Shown here: in pieces, positions 30,850 through 44,111 of the stretch
Position numbering within the stretch: the first letter of the stretch is position 1
Layout of the letters: each line of letters opens with the position of its first letter
From: Eledone cirrhosa
Taxonomy: Eukaryota
DNA length: 64,000 nt
Assembly: GCA_964016885.1 (NCBI GenBank)
Contig: OZ024750.1
Coordinates: 50,034,001-50,098,000 of the forward strand
Direction of reading: 5' to 3'
The notes under the pieces: model-generated
Databases searched by the model: none
Told to the model about the DNA's origin: nothing
Seen by the model: only the letters and a program-made list of their open reading frames with translations
Made by a program: the position numbers and the translations under genes

Positions 30850-32039
30850 TATGAAGAGAGAAGAAACATTTAGATATAATTAGTAATAAAATGTATCATA
30901 CCTAAACTGTTCCTAAATTCCTCGACTACGTAGTTTCGTGGCATAAACAAAAACAATATATCAAAGATATAGAGTCCTTGCGAGGTCTGCCGACTTATCA
31001 AGAGGATACCTCATTTTACTAGTCTCAAGAACGCGTCTACACGACGTGAGAAAGAATCCCAAAAGGCGGAGGGGGAGACAGTCACGCGATATAACGGTCG
31101 AGAAACAGAGCTAAGCCTGTTATAACCACGAAGAAAATACCACGGAGGCGGAGGGGGTATTCATATCGAGGCGGTAGAAGAGGTAGTGAAGAAGGCGAGA
31201 AGTATGAGTAATGGAAGCTTTCCAGTTGTCCCCACACTTCAAAGATTGCTCGACCAGAGGGAGTTATTAATATATTTAGAAACACACAGATACATGCGGA
31301 CACACACATATATACATGAATGCATCCGCACCCAACTGTGAGTTAAGGGTGCCAACTTCACCGATGTTGCTCAATGAATGACTGGGACAGACCAATTCAG
31401 TTTGAACCAGACTGAACCATATCAGAGTTAAAAATACATTATGAAGAGAGAAGAAACATTTAGATATAATTAGTAATAAAATGTATCATACCTAAACTGT
31501 TCCTAAATTCCTCGACTACGTAGTTTCGTGGCATAAACAAAAACAATATATCAAAGATATAGAGTCCTTGCGAGGTCTGCCGACTTATCAAGAGGATACC
31601 TCATTTTACTAGTCTCAAGAACGCGTCTACACGACGTGAGAAAGAATCCCAAAAGGCGGAGGGGGAGACAGTCACGCGATATAACGGTCGACGCGTTCTT
31701 GAGACTAGTAAAATGAGGTATCCTCTTGATAAGTCGGCAGACCTCGCAAGGACTCTATATCTTTGATATATTGTTTTTGTTTATGCCACGAAACTACGTA
31801 GTCGAGGAATTTAGGAATAGTTTAGGTATGATACATTTTATTACTAATTATATCTAAATGTTTCTTCTCTCTTCATAATGTATTTTTAACTCTGATACTG
31901 GTTCAGTCTGGTTCAAACTGAATTGGTCTGTCCCAGTCATTCATTGAGCAACATCGGTGAAGTTGGCACCCTTAACTCACAGTTGGGTGCGGATGCATTC
32001 ATGTATATATGTGTGTGTCCGCATGTATCTGTGTGTTTC

Positions 32040-32045
<6 letters not shown>
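30844..32045 (-). mobile_element. Retrozyme-like element: two direct copies (period 590 bp) plus an inverted copy
   Basis: 30844-31101 matches 31434-31691; 31691-32045 is the reverse complement of 31272-31627; (TA)n on both sides. Confidence 0.85.
31721..31808 (+). ncRNA. Type I hammerhead motif, U3-A8 core variant (minus-strand copies at 30919-31006 and 31509-31596)
   Basis: Stem I tcctc/gagga; core TTGATAA; stem II gt(c)ggca/tgccac with a large loop; GAAA; palindromic stem III actacgtagt; GUC triplet. Confidence 0.75.
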
Positions 32046-32092
<47 letters not shown>

Positions 32093-32859
32093 GCATGGGC
32101 GTGCGTGTGAATAGATGTGCATGTATGTATATATATATGTGTATATGTATGTATGTGTGTATATGCATGTATGTATGCGTGTATGTGTATGTATGATTTT
32201 ATGTGTTTTTGTATGTATGTATATATATTTATATATATATGTATATGTGTATGAGCTTGTTCGCGTATATGCATGTGTTCTACTTTTTATTTATTTTTTC
32301 TAGTGTTACTTTATATATTACAAGCCCTCCCACTTACTTTCTCTTTGCCTTTCTTTTTTATTCTTATCTTATATATTATTTCATTTATTCATCATATTTT
32401 ATATTTCCTATCGATCTTCCATCTGACACAGCGTTGACTTTATACGCTCCCTTCCATGTATATATCATATACATTATGTGGTTGCGCGTGTGTGTATGTT
32501 TATATGCGTGCGTTCTTTCATTCTTGTATGTGTATATATTTCAGCCCATAGACCCTCAGTCTGTATGTATGCTAACTACAATATCTTACAATTTCTTTTC
32601 AACATATATATATATATGTTTTTGTCGTCACACATACACTAATATGTTTGCCCTCATGTATGTACTTACGTACATATTTTTTCACTATACACATGCGGTT
32701 GTACATCCACAGACATGTACATATGTACATATGTACGTTAATACGAGTATACACACATTTACACACATCCCCTTACTATATTCCTTTAATTTTATTTTTT
32801 ATACATTTCTTGTATTAGCCTTTCTTGAGGATATTTTTCAAATATTTCACTATGATATT

Positions 32860-32927
32860 TACTGCCTTGTCTGACGAACGAATGTGGACGTTTCTTGTAT
32901 TCGTCTTATTCGGGAAACGTTTGGTAA
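32860..32927 (+). ncRNA. Possible degenerate hammerhead motif
   Basis: CTGACGA, stem II cgaat..attcg, GAAACGTT; stem I is poor. Confidence 0.4.
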
Positions 32928-33115
32928 TGAGGTAATTATATTTGATTTTTTATTTTACATTAAATATATATCTATATATATATATATATTATTAAAAATC
33001 ACTAACATAGACATTTCACATCTAAAAAGCCGAGTATTTTTATTAATGTAATTTTTATGGTAGTAATTATGCATTATTTAATGTTTATTTACGTATATTT
33101 GCTTATATATATCTA

Positions 33116-33157
<42 letters not shown>

Positions 33158-33687
33158 TGAGTGTGTGTGTGTGTGACAAAAGAATAAATATATATTTATA
33201 TATAGTGAGAGAGAGAGAGAGAGAGAGGAGAGAGGGTACAGAGAGAGAGCAAGAAAGATAGATGTGTGTATATGTATGCACACGAATATATATATGTACG
33301 TGTGTGTGTGTGTGTGTATGATTTTAATATGTTTGAAACTGATAATTACTTTTTTTTATATTGATTCTATATGTGTATTTTGATAGACAAATATAAAAGC
33401 CGGTAAGACCATACACTAGCTGCACACACAGCTACATCTCGAATAGTCAGTGAGAAAGACTCCATGCACTCACACATACTCGTATAGACGATTACATTTA
33501 TATTTCTAATTAACAATCAACCCTTTGGCATACCACTCATCTTGATACATTTTCGCACCATCTCTCTCTCTCTCTCTCTCTCTCTACTGTTATGAATAAC
33601 TTTCTGTCAAGAGAGATCTCGAGATTTGCAGAATCCTGAAACTTTTGATTAAATTATTTTACAATATTCATTCCGACTCATTAGTGA

Positions 33688-33745
33688 GTGAGTTCAAATC
33701 CCATCGAGGTTAACTTTGCTTTTCATCCTACGGTATCGATGTACA
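33688..33745 (+). mobile_element. SINE fragment directly preceding the satellite
   Basis: gagttcaaatcccatcgaggttaactttgcttttcatcctacggtatcgat. Confidence 0.8.
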
Positions 33746-33754
33746 AAAACAAAC

Positions 33755-36700
33755 GAGAGATGCGAGAAAACATTACTGCCCTTCTGTCTAATGAGATATA
33801 GAAGAAAACATTACTGCCATTGTGTCTAAGGAGAGAGGTGAAAAAACATTACTACCTTTGTGTCTAACGAGAGATGGGACAAACAGTACTGACCTTGTAT
33901 CTTACAGGGGATGGGAGAAATCATTACTGCCATTGTGGCTTACGAGATATGGGAGAAAACATTACTGCCCTTGTGTCTTACAGGGGATGGGAGAAAACAT
34001 TATTGCCATTGTGTCTAACAAGAGATGGGAGAAAACATTACTGCTCTTGTGGCTACCAAGAGATGGGACAAAACATTACTGCCATTTGTCTAACGAGATA
34101 TGGGAGAAAACATTACTGCCATTGGGTCTAACGACAGATGGGCGAAATCATTACTGCCATTCTGTTTAAAAGGGATGGGAGAAAACATTACTGCCCTTGT
34201 GCCTTACAAGAAATGGGGGAAAATATTACTGCCCTGGTGCCTTACAAGAAATGGGAGAAAACATTACTGTACTTGTGTCTAACAAGGGAGGTTGAAAACA
34301 TTACTGCCATTGTGCCTTACAAGAAATGGGGTGAAACATAACTGCCCTGGTGTCTAACGAGAGATGGCAGAAAACATTACTGACTTTGTGTCTATGAAGA
34401 GATGGGAGAAAACATTACTGTCCCTGTGTCCAACGAGAGATGGGAGAAAACATTACTGCCCTTGCGTCTAACAAGAGATGGGAGTAAACATTTCTGACCT
34501 TGTGTCCAACGAGAGATGGGAGAAACATTACTGGACATTTGTCTAACGAGATATGGGAGAAAACATTACAGCCTTTGTGTCTAACAAGAGATGGGAGAAA
34601 ACATTATTGCCCTTGTGTCTTGCAGGAGATGGGAGGAAATATTACTGCCCTTGTGTCTAATGAGAGATTGGAGAAAAGATTCCTGCCAGTGTGTCTAACG
34701 AGAGATGAGAGAAAAGATTACTGCCCTGGTGACTAACAAGAGATGGGAGAAAACATTACTGCCATTGTGTCTAACGAGAAATGGGAGAAAACATTACTGC
34801 CCCTATGTCTAACGAGAGATGGGAGAAAACATTACTGATCCTGTGTCTTACAGGCGATGGGAGAAAACATTACTGCCCTTGTGTCTAAGGAGAGAGGTGA
34901 GAAAACATTACTGCCTTTGTGTCTAACGAGATACAGGGGGAAACATTACTGACCTTGTGTCTTACAGGGGATGGGAGAAAACATTACTGCCACTGTGTCT
35001 AACAGAGATGGGAGAAAACATTACTGGCTTTGTGTCTAATGAGGGAGGTGAGAAAACATTACTGCCCTTGTGTCTAACAAGATATTGGAGAATACATTAC
35101 TTCCCTTGAGTCTAACAAAAGATGAGAGAAAACAGTATTGCCATTGTGTCTAAGGAGGGAGGTGAGAAAACATTACTGCCCATTTGCTTTACAAGAAATG
35201 GGGGAAAACATTACTGCCCTTGTGTCAAACGAGAGATGGGAGAAAAATTACTGGACTTGTGTCTAACGAGATACGGGAGAAAGCTTTACTGGCTTTGTGT
35301 TTAACAAGAGATGGGAGAAAACATTGCTGCCCTTGTGTCCAACGAGAGGTGGGAGAAAACATTACTGCCCTTGTGCCTTACAGGAGATGGGAGAAAATAT
35401 TCCTGCCATTCTGTCTAACAGAGTTAGGAGAAAAAAATTACTGCCCTTGTGTCTAACGAGAGATGGGACAAGAGATTACTGGATTTGTGTCTAAGGAGAG
35501 ATGTTAGAAATCATTACTGGACTTATGTCTAACGAGAGATGGTAGAAAATATTACTGCCCTGGTGCCTAACGGGAGATGGGAGAAAACATTATTGCCATT
35601 GCGTCTAACAGAGATGGGAGAAAACATTACTGCCCTGGTGCCTAACAAGAGATGGGAGAAAAGATTGTTGGATTTGTGTTTAAAGAGAGATGGGAGAAAA
35701 CATTACTGCCCTTGTGTCCAACGTTAGATGGGGGAAAACATTACTGCCCTTGTTTCTTACTGGAGATGGGAGAAAATATTCTTGACATTGTGTCTAACAG
35801 AGTTAGGAGAAAATATTACTCCCCTTGTGTCTTACGAGATTTGGGAGAAGACATTACTGGACTCGTGTCTAACGAGAGAGGTTAGAAATCATTACTGCCC
35901 TTGTGTCTAACGAACGATGGCGGAAACATTACAGCTCTGGTGTCTAACGAGAGATGGGAGAAAACATTACTGGACGTCTGTCTAACGAGAGATGGGAGAA
36001 AACATTACTGGACGTGTGTCTAACAAGAGATGGGAGAAAACATTACTGCACTTGTGTCTTACAAGAGATGGCAGAAAATATTACTGCCCTTGCGTCTAAC
36101 GAGAGATAAGAGAAAACATTACTGCCATTGTGTCTAACGAGAAATGGGAGAAAACATTGCTGCCATTGTGTTTAACAGAGATGGGAGAAAACATTACTGT
36201 TTCTGTCTAACAAGATATGGGAGAAAAAATAACTTCCCTGGTGACTAACGAGAGATTGGAGAAAACATTACTGACCTTGTGTCTAACAAGAGATGGGAGA
36301 AAACATTGCTGGCTTTGTGTCTAACAAGAGTTGGGAGAAAACATTACTGACCATGTGTCTAACAAGAGTTGGGAGAAAACATTATTGCCCTGTGTCTAAC
36401 GAGAGATGGGAGAAAACATTACTGCCCTTGTGTCTAACAAGTGATGGGAGAAGACATTAGTGGACGGGTGTCTAACAAGAGATGGGAGAAAACATTACTG
36501 CACTTGTGTCTTACAAGAGATGGCAGAAAATATTACTGCCCTTGCGTCTAACGAGAGATAAGAGAAAACATTACTGCCATTGTGTCTAACGAGAAATGGG
36601 AGAAAACATTGCTGCCATTGTGTTTAACAGAGATGGGAGAAAACATTACTGTTTCTGTCTAACAAGATATGGGAGAAAAAATAACTTCCCTGGTGACTAA

Positions 36701-37852
36701 CGAGAGATTGGAGAAAACATTACTGACCTTGTGTCTAACAAGAGATGGGAGAAAACATTGCTGGCTTTGTGTCTAACAAGAGTTGGGAGAAAACATTACT
36801 GACCATGTGTCTAACAAGAGTTGGGAGAAAACATTATTGCCCTGTGTCTAACTAGAGATGGGAGAAAACATTACTGCCCTTGTGTCTAACAAGTGATGGG
36901 AGAAGACATTAGTGGACGTGTGTCTAGCAAGAGATGGGAGAAAACATTACTGCCCTTGTGTCTAACGAGATATGGGAGAAAACATTACTGGACGTGTGTC
37001 TAACAAGAGATGTTAGAAAACATTACTGCCTTTGTGTCTAACGAGAGATGGGTGAAAACATTACTGCCCTGGTGTCTAACGAGATATGGGAGAAAATATT
37101 ACTGCCCCTCTGTCTAACGAGAGATGGGAGAAAACATTACTGACCTTCTGTGTTAGAGGGGATGGGAGAAAATATTACTGCCCTTGTCTAAAAAGAGATG
37201 GGAGAAAACATTACTGCCTTTGTGTCTTACAAGAAATGGGGGAAAACATTACTGCCCAGGTGTCTTACGAGAGATGGGTGAAAACATTACTGCCCTTGTG
37301 TCTAGCAAGAGATGGGAGAAAACATTACTGCCCTTGTGTCTAACGAGAGATGGGAGAAAACATTACTGGCTTTGTGTCTAACGAGAAATGGGAGAAATCA
37401 TTACTGCCCTTGTGTGCAACGAGATATGGGAGAAAACATTACTGGACGTGTGTCTAACAAGAGATGTTAGAAAACATTACTGCCTTTGTGTCTAACGAGA
37501 GATGGGTGAAAACATTACTGCCCTAGTGTCTAACGAGATATGGGAGAAAATATTACTGCCCCTCTGTCTAACGAGAGATGGGAGAAAACATTACTGCCCT
37601 TGTGTCTAACGAGAGATGGGTGAAAACATTACTGCCCTGGTGTCTAACGAGATATGGGAGAAAATATTACTGCCCCTCTGTCTAACGAGAGATGGGAGAA
37701 AACATTACTGCCCTTGTGTCTAATAAGAGATGAGAGAAAATATTACTGCCCTTGTGTCTAACGAGAGATGGGAGAAAACATTACTGCCATTGTGTCTAAC
37801 GAGAGATGGGAGAAAACATTACTACCCTTGTCTCTAACGAGAGATGGGAGAA
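33755..37852. repeat. 38-bp tandem satellite, about 107 diverged units
   Basis: Consensus gagatgggagaaaacattactgcccttgtgtctaacga; period checked at 37681 and 37719. Confidence 0.95.
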
Positions 37853-38509
37853 TATACTTAGCTGTATTCTTCCAATCATTATATATTTATAATATTTGAA
37901 AGTTAATTTTGATATTCACCATTTCAAAATAAATTACCATTCACATTGTTGTGTGGGACTACCTAAAACAAAATGCTGACCTCATACCTCGAATGGGAAC
38001 TATTATTGCTATGAGTCAACAAACATACAGGAACAAACTCACCTTTTCATTTAATTCATACCACCTACCCCAACCCGAAACATTACGATAAATCTCTTAC
38101 ATATCTTACCAATATCCGGCTCCCATATTCCTTCTTTTTCTATTCTGACTTTACCTCCTTTTTCTTATCCTTATTTCGAACTTCTACATTTCCCTTGCCG
38201 AATTTACCTCGATATTCCTAATTTTTTGCTCATTTTGGAATACTCTGTCTCCATTTGCGTAACATATTAATGTACATTCCATACCTTATATAGAAATTAG
38301 AGAGAGCATGTGTACCTGTCACATGCACTCTACTCTCTCACTATCCTCCTATTCCTCCCACTATCATTCTCCCCGGTCTACCTCGCTTATTACTTCACTA
38401 GATAGGAACACCAAGCCAAAGAATATACCATATATATATATATATATAATAGAAAAAAAATATATATATATAATAGAAAAAAACCGTACTACCTACACTT
38501 TATACATTA

Positions 38510-39410
38510 TTATTTCTTTATACATCTACGGTCGTCTCAACGCCGCTACAATATTTAATCAATTGAAAAAAACCTGATACTATCAGTTAAGTTACTCCAT
38601 TATTGGTGCCTTACACAAAGCCGCATAATAAAAAAAATAACAGTAAATTGATTAAAATCATAAGAGAAATTATCTAGAATAATACATGATTGACAGTATA
38701 CAAAAGCAAAAGCACAAGTTTGTGTATCTAATTTTTAGACAGGTAAAGGGTTACGAACGTTTTTTTACATATATGTTAAATGGTTATAGCAGGAGTTGGT
38801 AGAAATGATATTTTTTATGAAGAGTTCTCATTGCTTTGTGCTAAAACGACCGCAGATGTATAATATTATGATAACAATATTAATCATTGTCATATATATG
38901 AGAGTGTTGAAGTTTGGTTGAAGCATTGTGGAATAATAAAAATGGTGGTTTCGGAGCCTGTATATTTCGGATTTCGCATCCACCAACTGTGTGTTTTCCG
39001 AGGGAGAAAGTTTTTATTCGGAGAGGGACAACACGTGGCCTCTCTTGTCTATCGTGTGTGTACAACTGAACTACTCAGAAGCGCGCGTGTGCGCACAGAA
39101 TAGCTGCGGTCAGATAAAGTTCTATACTAGAGTAGTGCGATGATGTTGAGTCAGTGCGTACGCATCTTCACTCTCAATTTCTTATATACAGTATTAAATA
39201 CTTGCAGGTGTGGTGTTGGTATTGGTAGTCTGCGACTAAACACTTTCCTCCTCGGAAAACCCATAGTTGATGGATGCGAAATCCGAAATATAGGGAAAAT
39301 TAAATCACATCCAATGTAACTCTATCACGTGTTATTATTTTACACTCTTTCACACGTTCCTCTACACACTATATGTCTCATTCTACATTTCCTCTTACAT
39401 GATTCTGTTA
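38510..39410. repeat. Inverted second copy of the 25983-26862 element
   Basis: Reverse-complement matches at both ends; the central segment (tgcaggtgtggtgttggtattggtagtctgcgactaaa) also matches. Confidence 0.85.
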
Positions 39411-39910
39411 AGCGGAGATTTACCCATCTGCATTGTTGAGGCTACCAAAACGACCAATTTTACATACATATATGTATATATATATAAATATATGTGTATG
39501 TGTCTGTGTGTGTGTGTGTATACATATATACATATACAGACACATATATATATATATATGTCTATATATATATATATATTAGAAAGTGAGGTTTTTTTTT
39601 ACAAAATGAAAAATAACCGAGGTGCCCTACACGAGTGGAAGTATAAAGAAAAAGGGATGAAATCGAAAATGCAACTGAAGTCTTATTTTTTTTAAAAATA
39701 TATATATTTATTTGGTTCCTTTACCGGTTTCGCAGTTCTTCTGCTTTTCAAAAGGTGAGTTGAGATGGAGGGTCTGTGGTTTTTCTCACATCTGGTTGGT
39801 CTCTAAATGTTACTTGTTTTATATGGAAAAAGTGGCTCTAAAACCAGGATTTTCGAGAAGTAATTTGATTGGTTTGTCAATAATTATAATAAATTTCGCG
39901 CCAGTTCGCC

Positions 39911-42055
39911 AACGAGATAAATGACGATATCTCACACTTCTGTAGAAAATTACGTCTCACAGAGGAATTCTTTGACAAGGAGAATAACGACGAATCAATT
40001 GTACGGAATAAAAGCAGCTACAACCCAACAAAAGGTAGAAACAGAGTTCTGGACAAATTTTGTGACCACATAGCTACCTTCCCATACCATGAACTACCGC
40101 AACCTAAACCCAAACCCAACACAAGTCGAAGGGAATGGGAGATTATCCATGAACTAAAAAACAATCCGGACATTGTAATTAAGGAAGCGGACAAGAGAAG
40201 TACTGTTGTCATTATGGAGGCTGAAAAATATAAAAATTCTATGTTCTCTCTCTTACAAAATGCTAATTACTATGAAAGAGTAAAAAACTACCAGCAATCA
40301 AAAATAATGACCAAATTAAACACACTGATTTATCGATACCAGGAAGACCTAACTAAAAAGGAACGCGATTATTTAACAAATTTTGAATACAAAACCAGCA
40401 ACCTTTACGGACTTCCGAAGATCCACAAATGTAAAATAATCAACGATGCCTGTAAACAATCCACCTCAGCCTGCGTGAACACACAATACCCCACAGACCT
40501 TAAATTAAGACCAATTGTAGCGGGCCCACAATGTGAAACACACAGATTGAGCAACTTTATAGACATACTACTGAAACCAATACTGAAACACATACCAAGC
40601 CTTGTAAGAGACGATCTGGACCTCTTAAACCACCTCCCCAAACATGTCAACAACGACACTATTATTGTGTCTTTCGATGTAGTGAATCTCTACACAACGA
40701 TCCCACACCAATACGAACTAGAAGCAATAGGATTCTGGCTAGAGAAATATCCCAATGAGATACCTGACAGAATAGAAAAAAGCTTCATCACCGAGGGATT
40801 AAAATTCATCCTACAGAACAACTTTTTTGATTTCGATGGCAATACTTACAAGCAAATATCGGGGACTGCGATGGGCACAAAAGCCGCTCCAACTTATGCC
40901 AACTTAGTCATGGCATACTTAGAAGTCCAGATATATGAACAGTCCAAATCAAAATACGGATTGAACTTACACAAATATTTATCAGAGAATTGGAAACGCT
41001 ACTTGGATGATTGCCTCATTCTTTGGTCCCACACACTCGACCAACTGAAGGATTTCAAAAACTTAATAAACGGCATCAATAACCACATCCAATTCACAAT
41101 GGAATACAGCCAAGATCAACTCCCATTTCTGGACATCTTAATCACAAAAAAAGACACAAATATCGAAACTGACATACACTACAAACCAACAGATTCCAAA
41201 CAATATCTGCTATTCACCTCCAACCATCCAAAGCACACGAAGACGAACATTCCTTTTAACCTAGCAAGAAGAATTTGCACAATTGTCTCCAATTATGAAA
41301 CGCGAAATAAAAGACTTCAAGAATTAAAGGAAATTCTACTTGAGAGAGAGTACCCACTATTACTAATAAATAATGGAATAGAAAGGGCTAAAGCAATAGG
41401 CATTGATGAATTACGGAAACAGAAACAAATTCAGGGTACGTCCAATATTCTATCATATATCTCAACACACAACCCAAGAAATGCGGAAGCTTACAACACT
41501 ATTCACAATAACGTCCCACTACTAAAACAAAACCCAAGAATGAAAAAAGCCCTTGAAACACACAAAATAATCAAAAGCAAAAGACAACCAAAATCACTGA
41601 AAACATTACTCACCAATGCCAAATTACCTACCAGAAACCCACAACCAAGTATCAAAAAATGTGGTCGCTCTAATTGTGGAACCTGCACTCACCTCATTGA
41701 ACGCAACACGTATACATTTAAATCAGGACAAAATTTTGCTGTAAAAAATCACTTCACTTGCTCATCAAAAAATCTAGTTTATGCCATTAAATGTAAAGGA
41801 TGCAATGAAGATTATATAGGACAAACTAAACTCACACTCAGAAACAGAATGACAGTTCATCGCCAACAATTACGAGATCCAACCACGAGACAGATACCAC
41901 TAAGTGCACATCTAGACATTTGCGCAAGTAATAAGACACCCAAATTCCAAGTCTTCCCATTTTACCTTTGCGCTAACAATACAACAGAACAAATGCGAAT
42001 AAATAAGGAAAATATGTTTATTCAAAAATATAGACCAACATTAAATAAGGTTTAA
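39911..42055 (+). CDS. PLE reverse transcriptase + GIY-YIG endonuclease (N-truncated; first ATG at 40214)
   Basis: Frame open from 39911: FCRKLRL, IKEADKR, LYGLPKIHK, LRPIVAG, SFDVVNLYTTI, GTAMGT, RYLDD, LPFLD, CGRSNCGTC, LVYAIKC..YIGQT..RNR..H, PTLN. Confidence 0.9.
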   Translation, partial: NEINDDISHFCRKLRLTEEFFDKENNDESIVRNKSSYNPTKGRNRVLDKFCDHIATFPYHELPQPKPKPNTSRREWEIIHELKNNPDIVIKEADKRSTVVIMEAEKYKNSMFSLLQNANYYERVKNYQQSKIMTKLNTLIYRYQEDLTKKERDYLTNFEYKTSNLYGLPKIHKCKIINDACKQSTSACVNTQYPTDLKLRPIVAGPQCETHRLSNFIDILLKPILKHIPSLVRDDLDLLNHLPKHVNNDTIIVSFDVVNLYTTIPHQYELEAIGFWLEKYPNEIPDRIEKSFITEGLKFILQNNFFDFDGNTYKQISGTAMGTKAAPTYANLVMAYLEVQIYEQSKSKYGLNLHKYLSENWKRYLDDCLILWSHTLDQLKDFKNLINGINNHIQFTMEYSQDQLPFLDILITKKDTNIETDIHYKPTDSKQYLLFTSNHPKHTKTNIPFNLARRICTIVSNYETRNKRLQELKEILLEREYPLLLINNGIERAKAIGIDELRKQKQIQGTSNILSYISTHNPRNAEAYNTIHNNVPLLKQNPRMKKALETHKIIKSKRQPKSLKTLLTNAKLPTRNPQPSIKKCGRSNCGTCTHLIERNTYTFKSGQNFAVKNHFTCSSKNLVYAIKCKGCNEDYIGQTKLTLRNRMTVHRQQLRDPTTRQIPLSAHLDICASNKTPKFQVFPFYLCANNTTEQMRINKENMFIQKYRPTLNKV

Positions 42056-42525
42056 TATACATTATGTCAACACCACAATATGACATACACACACACACAT
42101 AACACCTTCTACTTTAGAAAATAAAAACCCGAACTAAATAAACCTTAAACATACGTTTGCACTTACAATACAATAGCAAACACGAAAAAGTCAGGAAAAT
42201 ATGTTCATTCAAAAATATTCCTACTAAAGGAATCATTTTCCTACACACACACATACACACACACACAATATATATATATATATTCTCTTCATCTTAACAT
42301 GCTAACCATACTCTCACACACATAACACCCATACACACACATAACAACCCCCACACCTACAACACCCTCCCCATTTCTACTAATAGAACCACTTTCCTAC
42401 ACACATATATATATACACACACACAAAATATATATTCTCTCTATCTAACATACTCGCACACACACACATAACACACAACTCCCTCCCCCATCTCTACTAA
42501 TAGAATCATCTTCCAATACACACAT

Positions 42526-42558
<33 letters not shown>

Positions 42559-43074
42559 AGCACACAAATAAACACATATCTTCAGTCTCAATAGAAAATC
42601 TGAACTCTGACACCTGAACTCTGACAGCTGGCCATATTCACTGAACCAGAACATTTCTCCCAATCCCTTTTCCCTTGACCACTATTTCTCCATTGTCATA
42701 ACATTCACTATAAAGACTACAGAATAGTTTTCCAAATAAGGGCGCAAAAATGTAATGAAAACTTGTTCACGTGACAGCCAAATTTCATTTATAACCAACC
42801 AAAAAAAAGCCTTCGTGAGCCTCATTTTTTCAAGTAAAAAGAAATTCAAACACTCATATATGAAAAAACAACCTGTGACAACCCCCCCCCCCTCTCTCTT
42901 ATTTGAAGAACTATTGTAACGCGAACTGGCGCGAAATTTATTATAATTATTGACAAACCAATCAAATTACTTCTCGAAAAACCTGGTTTTCGAGCCACTT
43001 TTTCCATATAAAACAAGTAACATTCAGAGACCAACCAGATGTGAGAAAAACCACAGACCCTCCATCTCAACTCC

Positions 43075-43112
43075 CCTTTTGAAAAGCAGAAGAACTGCGA
43101 AACCGGTAAAGG
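43075..43112 (+). ncRNA. Minimal hammerhead motif, U3-A8 variant, in the PLE pseudo-LTR (minus copies at 39718-39755 and 62617-62654)
   Basis: Stem I cctt/aagg; core TTGAAAA; stem II gcag-aagaa-ctgc; GAAA; palindromic stem III accggt; GUA triplet. Confidence 0.75.
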
Positions 43113-43181
43113 AACCAAATAAATATATATATTTAAAAAAAAAATAAGACTGCAGTTGCATTTTCGATTTCATCCCTTTTT

Positions 43182-43332
<151 letters not shown>

Positions 43333-43422
43333 TATGTGTGTGTATATGTATATATGTATATATATACATAATATATAGTATTGTTTAGCTCGGGTTTTTT
43401 AACTATGGAGCGCTTGCACGCA

Positions 43423-44036
43423 TAATTCTGGATTTGGCGTTTCGTTTCGCTTTTTCTACCCACCGAAATGCGATACTCGCTGAATTTATATTTGTATTTA
43501 TCTCCCGACTCTTACAATTAACATGTTAATAATTCTATTGACAGATTAATTGCATAAATTTATTTTAAAAACTACACGGTTGAGTATTTATTCGATTTGT
43601 GCTATTTATGCAATTGCTTGCATGATATACACACACTGAATTCATTTGCCAAAATCTGGGTTTTTTCCCCTTGTGGATTACACATGCGCTTTTACGAAGC
43701 TCTGTGTCATTCAGAAATTTGGTACAGAGCCAAATACCTGTTGATAACGTGATATTCCTTGTTCGATCATTATACCTAAAGCTTATAGTTTTAAGCAGAC
43801 AGTATTATTGATTTAGGTGTCATAGAAACCCTGCATTTGGATTTTACCATCAATTCCAATGGGTCCAGGTCTGTGTTTGTTTATCACCCGTTTAGCTTGA
43901 TTTGCTTTTTGGCTTAGGTGGTTGGTGCTTTCTTGACGACTTTTTCAGTTTTGTATGGCGTTTTAACATATTGTTAATTCTGATTTTTGCGTTTCGTTTC
44001 CCTTTTCTACCCGCCGAAATGCGATTCTGGCTGAAT

Positions 44037-44040
<4 letters not shown>
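43423..44040. repeat. Segment bounded by ~65-bp direct repeats (period ~552 bp)
   Basis: taattctg..gcgtttcgtttc..ttttctaccc.ccgaaatgcgat occurs at 43423 and 43975. Confidence 0.7.

Positions 44041-44109
<69 letters not shown>

Positions 44110-44111
<2 letters not shown>

Noticed and set aside
33755-37852. 38-bp array as a CRISPR array or as protein-coding ORFs
   Set aside because: Units are contiguous with no unique spacers, there are no cas genes, the context is eukaryotic, and the unit length is not a multiple of 3.
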